Notes: generated by a model from the letters alone, not told the origin. Positions 9,932 to 19,405 are shown, counted from the first letter of the stretch. The stretch: 64,000 bases of DNA from an uncultured Bacteriovoracaceae bacterium (GCA_964012805.1 CAXGUD010000001.1:32001-96000), one strand, 5' to 3'. Translations and numbers: made by a program.

Positions 9932-9959
9932 GTTTAAGGTCACCCCTCCAACTTAAAAC

Positions 9960-11084
9960 CTAGCAGTCTAAAGGCCCTTTCCCGATGAGCTTAAAAGATT
10001 CAACAATAGCAGGTACAAAAAAATATTGACTCGCCACAAAGGAAGAGAGATGCCCTCCACCTATTTCTTTTAGAGAAGACTTTCCCGGAAGGCATGTTGA
10101 TGAAAGTTCATGGAAGAGTTTCTCACCGGATTTTTTTTCCACAACATAGTCATCTCTAGCATTTATTTGTACTAAGGAGCGTCTACCAATTCTTTCATTT
10201 GGAAAGGCATCTACAAGACTTTTAACGTTATATTTTTCCATTATTTTATAAAGTTCTACTTTAACTTCTCGATCCTTTAAGCCTGATTCGGAACCTAGCT
10301 TGGCCCAGTCAATCTGTTTGTGAAGGGCCCCAGAAACAAGTGGAGACGGCGAAGGCCCTGATAAGCAAGGACTCATGGCAAGATCACCCTCTGTAATGGC
10401 AGCCCCAAAAGAGCTTGTCCCTCCCCCCAATGAAATACCGGTCGTTCCAACACTCACGTGCGGATAAGTTTCTCTAACCCAGGAGATCAGTTTAGAAACT
10501 TCCAAAACTGTCACACCAAGACCAACCAAAAAGTCTGATACACTCAAAGAGAAATGCCACTTTTGCCTTTTAGGTCTTCTCTCTCCATAAAAAGGAATCA
10601 TCTTTATCAGTGAACCGATCCCATGCTCTAAAAGGGGTTCAGCCAATAATTGTCTTCTTATTTTAAAAGTTGAGTCTCCAGTAGAAGCTGTATGAATCAC
10701 AATTCCTCTTAATCGACTCGTATCTAATGGGAGTATAAGTTGAAAACAACCTAGCTGAGATTCCTCTGGTAAAAAATGAGCTAGAGGACTAATGTAGTAT
10801 ACTTTGCTGAGAGTGAAATTTTTTCCTTTAGATATTTCTCTCTCTTTCCAAAAAGGACGGAGGGGATACTCAGAATCATTTTTACCCGAGTTTTCTGCAA
10901 AAGAAACAAGCAGACTTTTTAGATCTTTGACCTTTCCTAAGTCACCAAAACCGTCTGAAAAAAACTTATACTTCTTGAAAGGCAAAAAAGTGTTATAGAA
11001 AAGAAAACTCAAATCTAAACGGCCAAGAGCACGACCGGAAATATATTTAAGACCTTTAGGATAATTTTTTAAACCAAACTTCAG
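9960..11084 (-). CDS. ABHD18/DUF2048-like alpha/beta hydrolase (probable CTG start at 11084; ORF track start 11012)
   Basis: KFFSDGFG, LPEES, TGD..F..RR, PFYGERRP, nucleophile GISLGG, GGHLSSF. Confidence 0.8.
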   Translation of the reverse strand: MKFGLKNYPKGLKYISGRALGRLDLSFLFYNTFLPFKKYKFFSDGFGDLGKVKDLKSLLVSFAENSGKNDSEYPLRPFWKEREISKGKNFTLSKVYYISPLAHFLPEESQLGCFQLILPLDTSRLRGIVIHTASTGDSTFKIRRQLLAEPLLEHGIGSLIKMIPFYGERRPKRQKWHFSLSVSDFLVGLGVTVLEVSKLISWVRETYPHVSVGTTGISLGGGTSSFGAAITEGDLAMSPCLSGPSPSPLVSGALHKQIDWAKLGSESGLKDREVKVELYKIMEKYNVKSLVDAFPNERIGRRSLVQINARDDYVVEKKSGEKLFHELSSTCLPGKSSLKEIGGGHLSSFVASQYFFVPAIVESFKLIGKGPLDC

Positions 11085-11293
11085 ATTAACCTCTATATTT
11101 AAAGGAAAAACTCTTTTATTTGTCTCATCAAAGGATACCTTTGGTAAACTTTAGGAAACTTTTTCCCTTGGATTTTTCAAGGCTTTGGATCTCAGACAAG
11201 TTTAAAAGCGACCCCTTTTTCAACCCTAAATTTTCATTTTGTTTTATAATAAATTTATTAAGCTGGTGAGGTTCTCAACTGGAGATAAAATTT

Positions 11294-11758
11294 ATGAATC
11301 TAATTTATCTAATGAGGCATGGGGAATCGTCAAAAGACTCTGGTTCACTTGAAAGCTCTTTAACTGACAAAGGCATTGAACAAGTAAGCCAAATGGGCGA
11401 AAAACTAAAACAAGAGGGTATTGAGGTAGCGAAAGTCTACCATAGTGGACTCATGAGGGCCGAAGAAACAGCTTCTATTATTAGAGAAATAGCTTTTCCA
11501 CATATCTCTGAATTAGACCTTGAAACGGAAAAAGGAATCACACCACAGGCAGACCCTGAATTATGGAAGAAAAAATGGGATGATAAGACCTATATAAATA
11601 AGCCTTCCCTTTTTGTTTCACACCTTCCCTTCCTGCCAAAGCTTGTTGATGTTCTACTAAAAGATATTGATGATTATTCTTTTTCCCATTCTTCTGTAAT
11701 GTGCATAGGACAAGACGAACAAAGTAACTGGGAAAAAAAATGGAGTTGGTCCATTTAA
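11294..11758 (+). CDS. sixA: Phosphohistidine phosphatase SixA
   Basis: LMRHG, HSGLMRAEETA, VSHLPFL. Confidence 0.85.
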   Translation: MNLIYLMRHGESSKDSGSLESSLTDKGIEQVSQMGEKLKQEGIEVAKVYHSGLMRAEETASIIREIAFPHISELDLETEKGITPQADPELWKKKWDDKTYINKPSLFVSHLPFLPKLVDVLLKDIDDYSFSHSSVMCIGQDEQSNWEKKWSWSI

Positions 11759-11780
11759 TTTTTTTAAGAAGCCTTAGACT

Positions 11781-13124
11781 CTAAAGAATAATTTTATCCA
11801 GGGCATCTATAATTTTTTTAAAACGATTTGTGGGGAACCTTCGATTTAAGTAACTAAAAATGAGCTGCTTATGGATTTTTCCATCTCCCGCTTCAATAAC
11901 CTTATCAGTATAGGCTTCTGCCACCATAAAGTTGAGAGATAACGGAGAAAGGTTTGGAGAAAAATTATCAGGAAAACCCACGCCATTAAGTGCTCCATGA
12001 TGCTGCCTTATAAGTAGATCAACACCCGCCGGAGATTTAGGAAACACTCTGGCCAACTCCGAAGCTCTAAGGGCATGATGCTTTAAAGTTTCTTTAGCCT
12101 CATAGGTTAAATCTGCCTTATCAAACTCATCTTTTGTACAAATTTTGGCCTGTTCATCGGTTTTTAGAAGAATGTCATGAAAGAAGCAAGTAAACATAAG
12201 TTTTTCTTCATGCTCTTTTTTTGCCCAATCTGCATGCTTGATTAAATGAAGTGAAACATAAGAAAGAACTTGAATGTGCTTATAAAGGTAACTTGCTTTA
12301 TTTGAAAGAAGATTTTTAAGCATCGACTTTAATGTTTTATTTTTTTTAACATCTTTGGCAATATCCCTCATTGCCTTTTTAGCAGCGTTGACAGTTTCTT
12401 TTGTAATCCCCATTTCTCTAAATTTATCGTGGACAGTATTAACCTGAACCTCGCCAGCAACGGTTCTTTCGTTATCATTCAACTTATCGAAAGATAGTTC
12501 ACTTATCATTTCATTTGAAATTTGATTCACTAATTTTAATCTATCATTCTTTTGAATGAAAACTTCTTGAACACCCATTGAAATATAGTTTTTTAATTTC
12601 TCCTCAGTTATTTCATCACCAGGAGAAAATAGTGTTTGATACTCCTCTTCACTGCTACTATCTGGGTCTAAAAAAAAAGTTCTGCAAATAGGAGATTTTA
12701 TTTTTCTTAAATAATGAGATGGTATGGGAAAATAATTAGGCACGTCCAAACCTACCATTTCTGCTGCTGTAATATTTGCAACCTGAGCACAATTTCTTAT
12801 TAATGTTTTCAAATCAACCCCAACACTCATAGATAATGTTGATGAGTCTGATTCTAATTCCTCTCCTATTTTTCCAATTACTAGAAGTGGTATTTTCAAA
12901 TTTTCATTTTTCATTTTTTCATGAAGAGTTTGAGCGATCTGTTGCCCCTCAATCTCTGCCTTGGTTACAATCAATTTAATTTTTTGATTTTCTTTTAAAA
13001 TTTGATCAACTGCTGAGTCTAAGCCAGACGTAGACACGGGATCTAAACCTAAATAAACTCGAAAGTTTAAATTATATAAATTTTCAAGCTCTTTATTATT
13101 TTCTACTAAAAGAATATTGGCCAT
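11781..13124 (-). CDS. Pseudo-receiver plus HD-GYP-like domain protein
   Basis: N-terminal NILLVENN receiver-like; FFHD; QHHGALNGVGFP (HHExxDGxGYP variant); SD AGGAGG before ATG 13124. Confidence 0.75.
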   Translation of the reverse strand: MANILLVENNKELENLYNLNFRVYLGLDPVSTSGLDSAVDQILKENQKIKLIVTKAEIEGQQIAQTLHEKMKNENLKIPLLVIGKIGEELESDSSTLSMSVGVDLKTLIRNCAQVANITAAEMVGLDVPNYFPIPSHYLRKIKSPICRTFFLDPDSSSEEEYQTLFSPGDEITEEKLKNYISMGVQEVFIQKNDRLKLVNQISNEMISELSFDKLNDNERTVAGEVQVNTVHDKFREMGITKETVNAAKKAMRDIAKDVKKNKTLKSMLKNLLSNKASYLYKHIQVLSYVSLHLIKHADWAKKEHEEKLMFTCFFHDILLKTDEQAKICTKDEFDKADLTYEAKETLKHHALRASELARVFPKSPAGVDLLIRQHHGALNGVGFPDNFSPNLSPLSLNFMVAEAYTDKVIEAGDGKIHKQLIFSYLNRRFPTNRFKKIIDALDKIIL

Positions 13125-13311
13125 AATCCCTCCTACTTTCAATAAGATCCTTTTCGACTTTTTTTTGATTTTATAAAAAGATAAAAAAGAAAATATAACT
13201 TATTAGAAGAGTTTCACTACACATTAAAAATGTTGTGATAGTTTTTTTATTGAAGAGGCAAGTAAGAATTTTTTTTGAGTTTTATGCTTTTAGAAAGAAT
13301 TTAGAAAAAAC

Positions 13312-13331
13312 AAGGGGAGATAACTCCCCTT
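13312..13331 (-). terminator. Rho-independent terminator
   Basis: aaggggag-ataa-ctcccctt stem followed by a U-run on the minus strand, 11 nt after the stop at 13343. Confidence 0.75.
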
Positions 13332-13342
13332 TAATTTATGAA

Positions 13343-14329
13343 CTAATCTTTAAACATTCTAAAATTAAGTTTATATTCCCATGAATGATAACCTTGCTGA
13401 CCTTTATAAAACTTTGAAAATTCAATCAAGTCTTCATCAAGGAAAACATTTTCTAATTTTTTGGGAGTATACATAAGAGTTTCGTTAACAAGTCTATCAT
13501 CGTTATTGAGAGAAATAAGTGAATTAGACAGTTTTCCAACTTCTTTTCTTAAAGCAACAGAGCTACCTGCTGTCATCACATTTGACATATCACCTGTATA
13601 AAGACCATAAGCTGCTGCAGCGAGAGGGATGATTGATTGACTCAACTTTTGCATTTCTTTAATATCATCGCCATCAGACTCAATGATTGAGTAATCTACT
13701 ATCAAGTGCTTATATGGAGTTGCATAACCAATTCCTGCTGCTGGAAAAATGACTCTGTCTTGGGCCGTTAAGAAAAAAGTGTTTCCCTGACTAAGACCTT
13801 TGTAAACTTCAGTGATTTTACCTGTCGTTAAAGCACCATCAGTAGTATAAAAGAAAAGATAGATGTCATCTTTTAAAAACTCATCCTTTTCATCAATTAC
13901 TTCAAACTCGTAAGCGTGAAGGGCCATTCTTGGCATTTCCAATTTGTCACTCAATGATTTTTCATAAAAGCCAACAGGACCTAATTTTCTTGTTTCCTGA
14001 ATTCTAAGGAATTTATCAGTTTCGTTGTCTTCCCTTAACAGAAAATCATTTTGGTTAAGACCTTTATTGACTGGGTCCCATTTCATGAGTATTTTTTCTA
14101 AATATAATTTATTGATTTTTTGCTTTTTGAGTATTTGAACCATTTGCCCAAGTGGATTTCCCTTTGCAAATAAATGAGGTCTTTTGTCCTCAAATTGGGG
14201 GTTTAGCACAATTTTAATGGCCTCTAATGCCATTGGAAGCGCCTTTGATTGCTCTCTTTCAGCTGAATAGAGAGAGACCTGACAAAAAAGGGTCAGTAAA
14301 AAGAAAAGCTTAAAAGCAGTTTTGAACAT
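13343..14329 (-). CDS. Secreted hypothetical protein with a C2-like acidic beta domain and a hydrophobic insertion
   Basis: Signal peptide; DEKDEFLKDDIY, IIESDG, NNDD motifs flanking PLAAAAYGLYTG. Confidence 0.7.
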   Translation of the reverse strand: MFKTAFKLFFLLTLFCQVSLYSAEREQSKALPMALEAIKIVLNPQFEDKRPHLFAKGNPLGQMVQILKKQKINKLYLEKILMKWDPVNKGLNQNDFLLREDNETDKFLRIQETRKLGPVGFYEKSLSDKLEMPRMALHAYEFEVIDEKDEFLKDDIYLFFYTTDGALTTGKITEVYKGLSQGNTFFLTAQDRVIFPAAGIGYATPYKHLIVDYSIIESDGDDIKEMQKLSQSIIPLAAAAYGLYTGDMSNVMTAGSSVALRKEVGKLSNSLISLNNDDRLVNETLMYTPKKLENVFLDEDLIEFSKFYKGQQGYHSWEYKLNFRMFKD

Positions 14330-14608
14330 TATTCTTCTCCGATAAAGAAACCTTAAGGCCGTAATCTATTCTAAAATGAAGCGATAGGCAAAGCCTATTC
14401 TCCAATCAGAGTATTTTTTTTAAATTATTTTCATTAAAATAAAGGGCCTGAAATTTTTAGGAAAAAGCCCACCCATGCGACACATAATTTCAATAACTTA
14501 TACGAGGCAAAGATGTATAAGTCCGAAAGGACTTAATGTTTAGAAAGTATCTAATTGGAGTGAAAAGAGGATAGGTGCTAAACTAAAAAGATCGAATAAA
14601 GGTTCAAG

Positions 14609-14911
14609 ATGAAGCCAATAGACTACAACGACCCATCTGAAAATGAGTTAACTGTCAAACTCCCTAAAAGGTACCGTGTGATTTTATACAGGGATCAAGA
14701 GACTCCACGCCACTTTATTCTTCTCCTTTTAATGAGGCATTTTCAAAAGTCCATCCATGAATCCAAAGAACTTGTCGAAGTACTTGAGAAAAAGGGCTTC
14801 GTTACAGTGGGAACTTACACGCATGAGATAGCTGAGACAAAATCAACAAAAGTAATTATATTGGCCAAGAAAAATAGCTATCCCTTAAAATGCTCTTTCG
14901 AGCCTGAGTAG
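14609..14911 (+). CDS. clpS: ATP-dependent Clp protease adaptor ClpS (divergent substrate pocket)
   Basis: YRVILY.D..TP..F, VGTYTHEIAETK, YPLKCSFE. Confidence 0.85.
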   Translation: MKPIDYNDPSENELTVKLPKRYRVILYRDQETPRHFILLLLMRHFQKSIHESKELVEVLEKKGFVTVGTYTHEIAETKSTKVIILAKKNSYPLKCSFEPE

Positions 14912-14913
14912 AA

Positions 14914-16092
14914 TTAAAACTCAATTGCACCCTGTTTACGAAATTTATTTAATTCCTCTTCAGTATAACCAGCTTCAAGGAGTACACTTTTTGTATCATG
15001 ACCTGCCATTTTACCAATATTCTTATAATGGTTTTTAAAAGAAGAAAATTTAAATGGACTACCAATTTGTTTTTTAGACTCGCCGTCCTCTCCACAAGGA
15101 ACATCGACAATGAGGCCTCTTTCTTTTACATGAGGATCATTTAAACTTTCTTGAAAACTTAAAACAGGCTCAACACAGGCGTCGAGTTTTGAAAAAATAT
15201 CCCGCCACTCTTTAAATGTTTTACTTTTAAAGGTCTTTTTAAATTCTTCTTTTATATAGTCTTTTCCTTTATTCTCTTCTTTAAGAGTCATGTCCAATAT
15301 GTCTTTCCGATTTAGCCCCTTACATAATTCCCTAAAAAACTTAGGCTCTAAACTACCAACTGAAAAAAAACGATCATCTTTAGTTTTATAGTAACCATAA
15401 AAGCTTCCACCATTAAGGAGAGTAGACTCAAAGGAAAGGTCTTTTTTATTACTTAATGAATCGGCCCCATGGATGGAATTTAAAGAAAAAGAGCCATCCA
15501 GCATACTTATATCGATATATTGACCCTCTCCCGTTTTTTCTCTATGAATGACTGAGGCCAAAATACCGGTGATAGCATGAAAAGACCCACCCGCAATATC
15601 TGCAATTTGGGGCCCAGTTAAAATAGGGCCTTCTCCCTTAACTCCACTATAAGAACTGACTCCACAAAGTGATAAATAATTAATATCGTGGCCTGCTCTA
15701 TCTCTATAGGGCCCTGTCTGACCAAATCCAGTAATAGAGCAATAAATTAATGAAGGGTGGATAATCGAGAGTTTTTCATAGTCAAGGCCTAATCGCTTCA
15801 TCACACCTGGGCGGAACTGTTCAACGACAATATCATAATTTTTTAAAAGTCTTTTTATAATTTCCCGAGAAGAACCTTCTTTTAAGTTTAGGCCAAGGCT
15901 TTTTTTAGACCTCCCTAAATACTCTCTCATTGAAGGTGGTGTTTTTAATTTATCATTTTTGTTTTTAGAAGGAAGTCCCTCAATACATAAGACATCAGCA
16001 CCTAGATCAGATAACATCATAGTTGCAAAAGGACCTGGCAATAATGTTGAAAAATCTAATATTTTTAAAGAAGAAAGAGGTCCTTTCGTCAA
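14914..16092 (-). CDS. CaiB/BaiF family III CoA transferase / alpha-methylacyl-CoA racemase-like
   Basis: LLPGPFAT..LSDLGADV, EQFRPGVMKRLGL, GHDINY, QIADIAGG. Confidence 0.9.
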   Translation of the reverse strand: MTKGPLSSLKILDFSTLLPGPFATMMLSDLGADVLCIEGLPSKNKNDKLKTPPSMREYLGRSKKSLGLNLKEGSSREIIKRLLKNYDIVVEQFRPGVMKRLGLDYEKLSIIHPSLIYCSITGFGQTGPYRDRAGHDINYLSLCGVSSYSGVKGEGPILTGPQIADIAGGSFHAITGILASVIHREKTGEGQYIDISMLDGSFSLNSIHGADSLSNKKDLSFESTLLNGGSFYGYYKTKDDRFFSVGSLEPKFFRELCKGLNRKDILDMTLKEENKGKDYIKEEFKKTFKSKTFKEWRDIFSKLDACVEPVLSFQESLNDPHVKERGLIVDVPCGEDGESKKQIGSPFKFSSFKNHYKNIGKMAGHDTKSVLLEAGYTEEELNKFRKQGAIEF

Positions 16093-16482
16093 AATAAAAC
16101 TCCATAAAAAGATTGTAATTATTAAATCTTAAACCTAATTCTTCTTTCTATGAAATTTAATTTTCCTTATACCTATAAAGTATTTAGCATTTTGCCAAAA
16201 ACTTAAAGTACTCATTAAAAACGCACCCATTTCGGAACTACCATACCAAAGTTCACTATTTTCTCTTACCTAAGACAAACTTGAATTTAAATGGATTTAT
16301 AATCGATTAGACTGAGGATAAGTATAAGAAAAAAATAAGAATGAAACCACTTTAATTACTTAGAGAAAACATCGGTCAATTCAGAAACTTTTCGTAATAA
16401 GATATTTAGAACCTATTATTGGATTAGAGGGAAGAAAAAAATAACTTAGTTTTTCACTTTTAACTAAATTCTTATAATCCCC

Positions 16483-16863
16483 TTATTTTTTCTTTCTAAA
16501 AGGATCGTAGAATATGAGGATGTTATTTTTTTCTTTAAAAACCTTATCTGCATGGCACACTAGTGTTACGTTAATGGGTCCCTTGCCTGAAAATGATTGA
16601 AGTAAGTCTCCAGAAACAATCTCTTCATTTTTTATAAATTGAGTCTCAAAGCCTAATTGGAAAAGTTTACGACCTAAATTTCCCTGTATTTTATTGACTC
16701 CATTAGCATCATCACTAAAAGAACTCGTGTTTACAATTGATTCTAAAAAAGGAAGATAAAAGAAATCACTTCTTTTTAAATCTACCGCACTACTTGAAAG
16801 GTGAAAATTTTCTTTTAAATTAGTAATGGGAACCTCCTTATTTTTTTTAAATTTTAAGTCCAA
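16483..16863 (-). pseudogene. N-terminal fragment of an M20 (carboxypeptidase G2-like) peptidase
   Basis: LESIVNTSSFSDDANGVNKI...LGFE...LVCHADKVF resembles the start of M20 up to HxDTV, then stops; the rest of the domain is missing. Confidence 0.6.
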
Positions 16864-17033
16864 CTTAGCGGAAAAAAAAATAAGGAATCGATCACAATTA
16901 TGTTAAGCATTCATAAATGAAATATAATTTTATTAAATAAACATCTTATTTATTAAAAAAAAGTTAAAATCTCTGACTAAAAGTTTTTTTTTGATTAACT
17001 GGCCGAGGGAAGGGAATACATCATATGAAATTT

Positions 17034-19226
17034 TTAAAATGACCAAGGCTTAATATAAATGGTTTCAATTATTTTTCCTTCTAGCAAATTGAGTTGATCT
17101 CGACAGAACCCTCCACATTTTGAATACCTCTTAAAAGCTAATTGCCTGGAATCTTCACCCTTCTTGTAAATCTCAGCTATTATATATTCATTTAATATGT
17201 CTTCCCTTATTCTTAGACTTAAGTAACATGTGTTAATCGCCTGTCCTTCATCATCACCTAAAATAATTTCAACAATCTCACCTACATAATCAAGACATTC
17301 GAGTTTTAAAAGGGCCACTAAAGCTCCTCTTCTGGCTCCCTTATCACCATTTTTATATTGGTCTTTTAAAAATTCAATTTTGGACCAATCTTTAACCTCT
17401 CCTACGGCATAAATTCCACTTATGAGATGATTGTCATTTTGACCGTCCAACATTTGATTAAGTGTTTTCTTTACCTGAAGCCTAAAGGATTTGTACTTCC
17501 AAAGCGCAACAACCGTATTGGCCTTAATCCTAGAGATTTCGTGATTTAAAAAAGGTAAAAGAACATCAACAACTCCCGGATAATCAACGTAATTAAGTCC
17601 GTCTATTGCATTAGCAACCACCCGCTCATCTTTATCTTTAAGTGCTTGGATCACAAATTCAACTGTCTCTCTGGCAGGACTTTTTTGAATGAGAACTCTC
17701 ATAGCGATAGATCTTAAAACATTTGATTGCATTGAAGAGCAAATAAATTTTAGATTTTCAGTAAGTTTAAAGTTTAAAAATGGATCTAGCTTACTAAAAT
17801 CAACCTGATCTAAATACTTCAACATGGCCATTTGAACCGTGGGATTTTTTTCATTTATCATTAAATCTAAAATAACCGGAGCAGGAGTGTCCGTTTTCAA
17901 GTTAGAAAAAGTATTTAGTATATTAATTTTAAGAGGTATATCTTTCGTATTTTCTAAAAGGTAGATAATTTTTTTACATTCACTCCGATTTTGGACCCTA
18001 TCAAAAAGAGCGACAGCATTATTTTTTTCTTCAGGTTGATGACCTACTAAAAAATTTAAAACTTCTACATTAAAATTCTTCCTCGTTTTTAATCCAAGAA
18101 TAATCATCACAAACAAAATAAGTATTAGAATTATATTTACATATGGGGAGGGTAATAAAAATAAAAGAGCTATCATGGCGCCACCTAAGGACCTCGCCAT
18201 AATTTCGGTTAACAAACGAAGACGATCCCTGGACTGTGATCTATAGAGACTGAACTTTGTAGAAATACTCATTGTAATAAAAGACTCTTCCAAAAGCTTA
18301 AAGGCCAAAAAAGCAAGAACTCCAAAATGAAACGATTGATAAGAAATAAAAACGCCGCCAAATATAAAAAGAACCAAACTGGAAATTAAAAGCATTGTTC
18401 CGAGCTGATATTTTTTTAAAATATTCGGATAAATCCACCTTAAAAGAATTGTTGATAACAACGCAGCTATTAAATCGATGCTTCCATATAGGGCAGTCAA
18501 GTTAATCTGTGCTGACTCAAATGATTTACCGGTAAGACTTTTCATAGAAGTAAACAAGAATCCCCATAGAAAAATCCATAGGGCAAGCTTTGGAATGAGC
18601 TTGTATTGAAAAAAAGAAGACATTAAGCTTGGTTTTCTTTTACTTGATTCAGTATTTATGGAAACAATACTTTGTTTTTTTTCTCCGAAAATTAAAAATA
18701 TAGAAATTATTAAAATGAAAATTTCTACTGTAACCCAGAAAGGTATAAATATATTTTTAGAGAGGCCAAAATAAGATAACAAAGCTAAAGTAGATCCAAA
18801 AATCATTCCCCCTTGGGTAAATATACCGAGGATAGGAAATATTCTTTTTGTTTCAAAAGGACTTATAAATATGGATGATAAAGACCAGTTACTAAAATAA
18901 ATCATAAGTCCAAAACCAACCATATTTAAAAACGAAACCTTTGCTACTAAAGCTTCTTGGCCTGAAAAAAAACAAAATAAAGAGCTAAACAAAAGAATAA
19001 GATGGAGGATTATGAAGCGAATTAAACGGGAAAGCCATTTACTTAGAAAGGAAAAGATTAAAATTGAAATGATTGAAATTGTTGCAGATATTGAGAAATA
19101 GAGGCTTAACTCTTTACTCCCAATGGTTGTAATTAATTTATCTAAACTAAAACACGTGAGGGCAGTCCTCATCCCAAATGATAAGAAAAATATCAAACCA
19201 ACCAATTTTTGATAAATATTCATCAA
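17034..19226 (-). CDS. MFS / NTT (Npt1-like) transporter fused to a HEAT-repeat domain
   Basis: About 12 TM segments with ETKRIFP and R.R.R motifs, then D.DERVVANAIDGL / RIKANTVVALW HEAT repeats. Confidence 0.75.
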   Translation of the reverse strand: MMNIYQKLVGLIFFLSFGMRTALTCFSLDKLITTIGSKELSLYFSISATISIISILIFSFLSKWLSRLIRFIILHLILLFSSLFCFFSGQEALVAKVSFLNMVGFGLMIYFSNWSLSSIFISPFETKRIFPILGIFTQGGMIFGSTLALLSYFGLSKNIFIPFWVTVEIFILIISIFLIFGEKKQSIVSINTESSKRKPSLMSSFFQYKLIPKLALWIFLWGFLFTSMKSLTGKSFESAQINLTALYGSIDLIAALLSTILLRWIYPNILKKYQLGTMLLISSLVLFIFGGVFISYQSFHFGVLAFLAFKLLEESFITMSISTKFSLYRSQSRDRLRLLTEIMARSLGGAMIALLFLLPSPYVNIILILILFVMIILGLKTRKNFNVEVLNFLVGHQPEEKNNAVALFDRVQNRSECKKIIYLLENTKDIPLKINILNTFSNLKTDTPAPVILDLMINEKNPTVQMAMLKYLDQVDFSKLDPFLNFKLTENLKFICSSMQSNVLRSIAMRVLIQKSPARETVEFVIQALKDKDERVVANAIDGLNYVDYPGVVDVLLPFLNHEISRIKANTVVALWKYKSFRLQVKKTLNQMLDGQNDNHLISGIYAVGEVKDWSKIEFLKDQYKNGDKGARRGALVALLKLECLDYVGEIVEIILGDDEGQAINTCYLSLRIREDILNEYIIAEIYKKGEDSRQLAFKRYSKCGGFCRDQLNLLEGKIIETIYIKPWSF

Positions 19227-19405
19227 GCATCATTATAATGTCATTTTTTATTTTTGGACCTTGAAGGGATTTTTTAATACTTAATTAATTAAAAAAAATA
19301 TAAACTTCAATTAAAAATATTTCTCTCTTTTAAACTATTTCTATGAGTCTCAATAGGTTTATTAAACCAAACTAATTTAAATGAAACGAGATTCAATTTA
19401 ACTTA

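Noticed and set aside
14495..14540. c-di-GMP-I (GEMM) riboswitch, suggested by GGCAAA and a GAAA tetraloop
   Set aside because: The order and spacing of elements and the second stem do not fit the consensus; kept only as a generic hairpin observation
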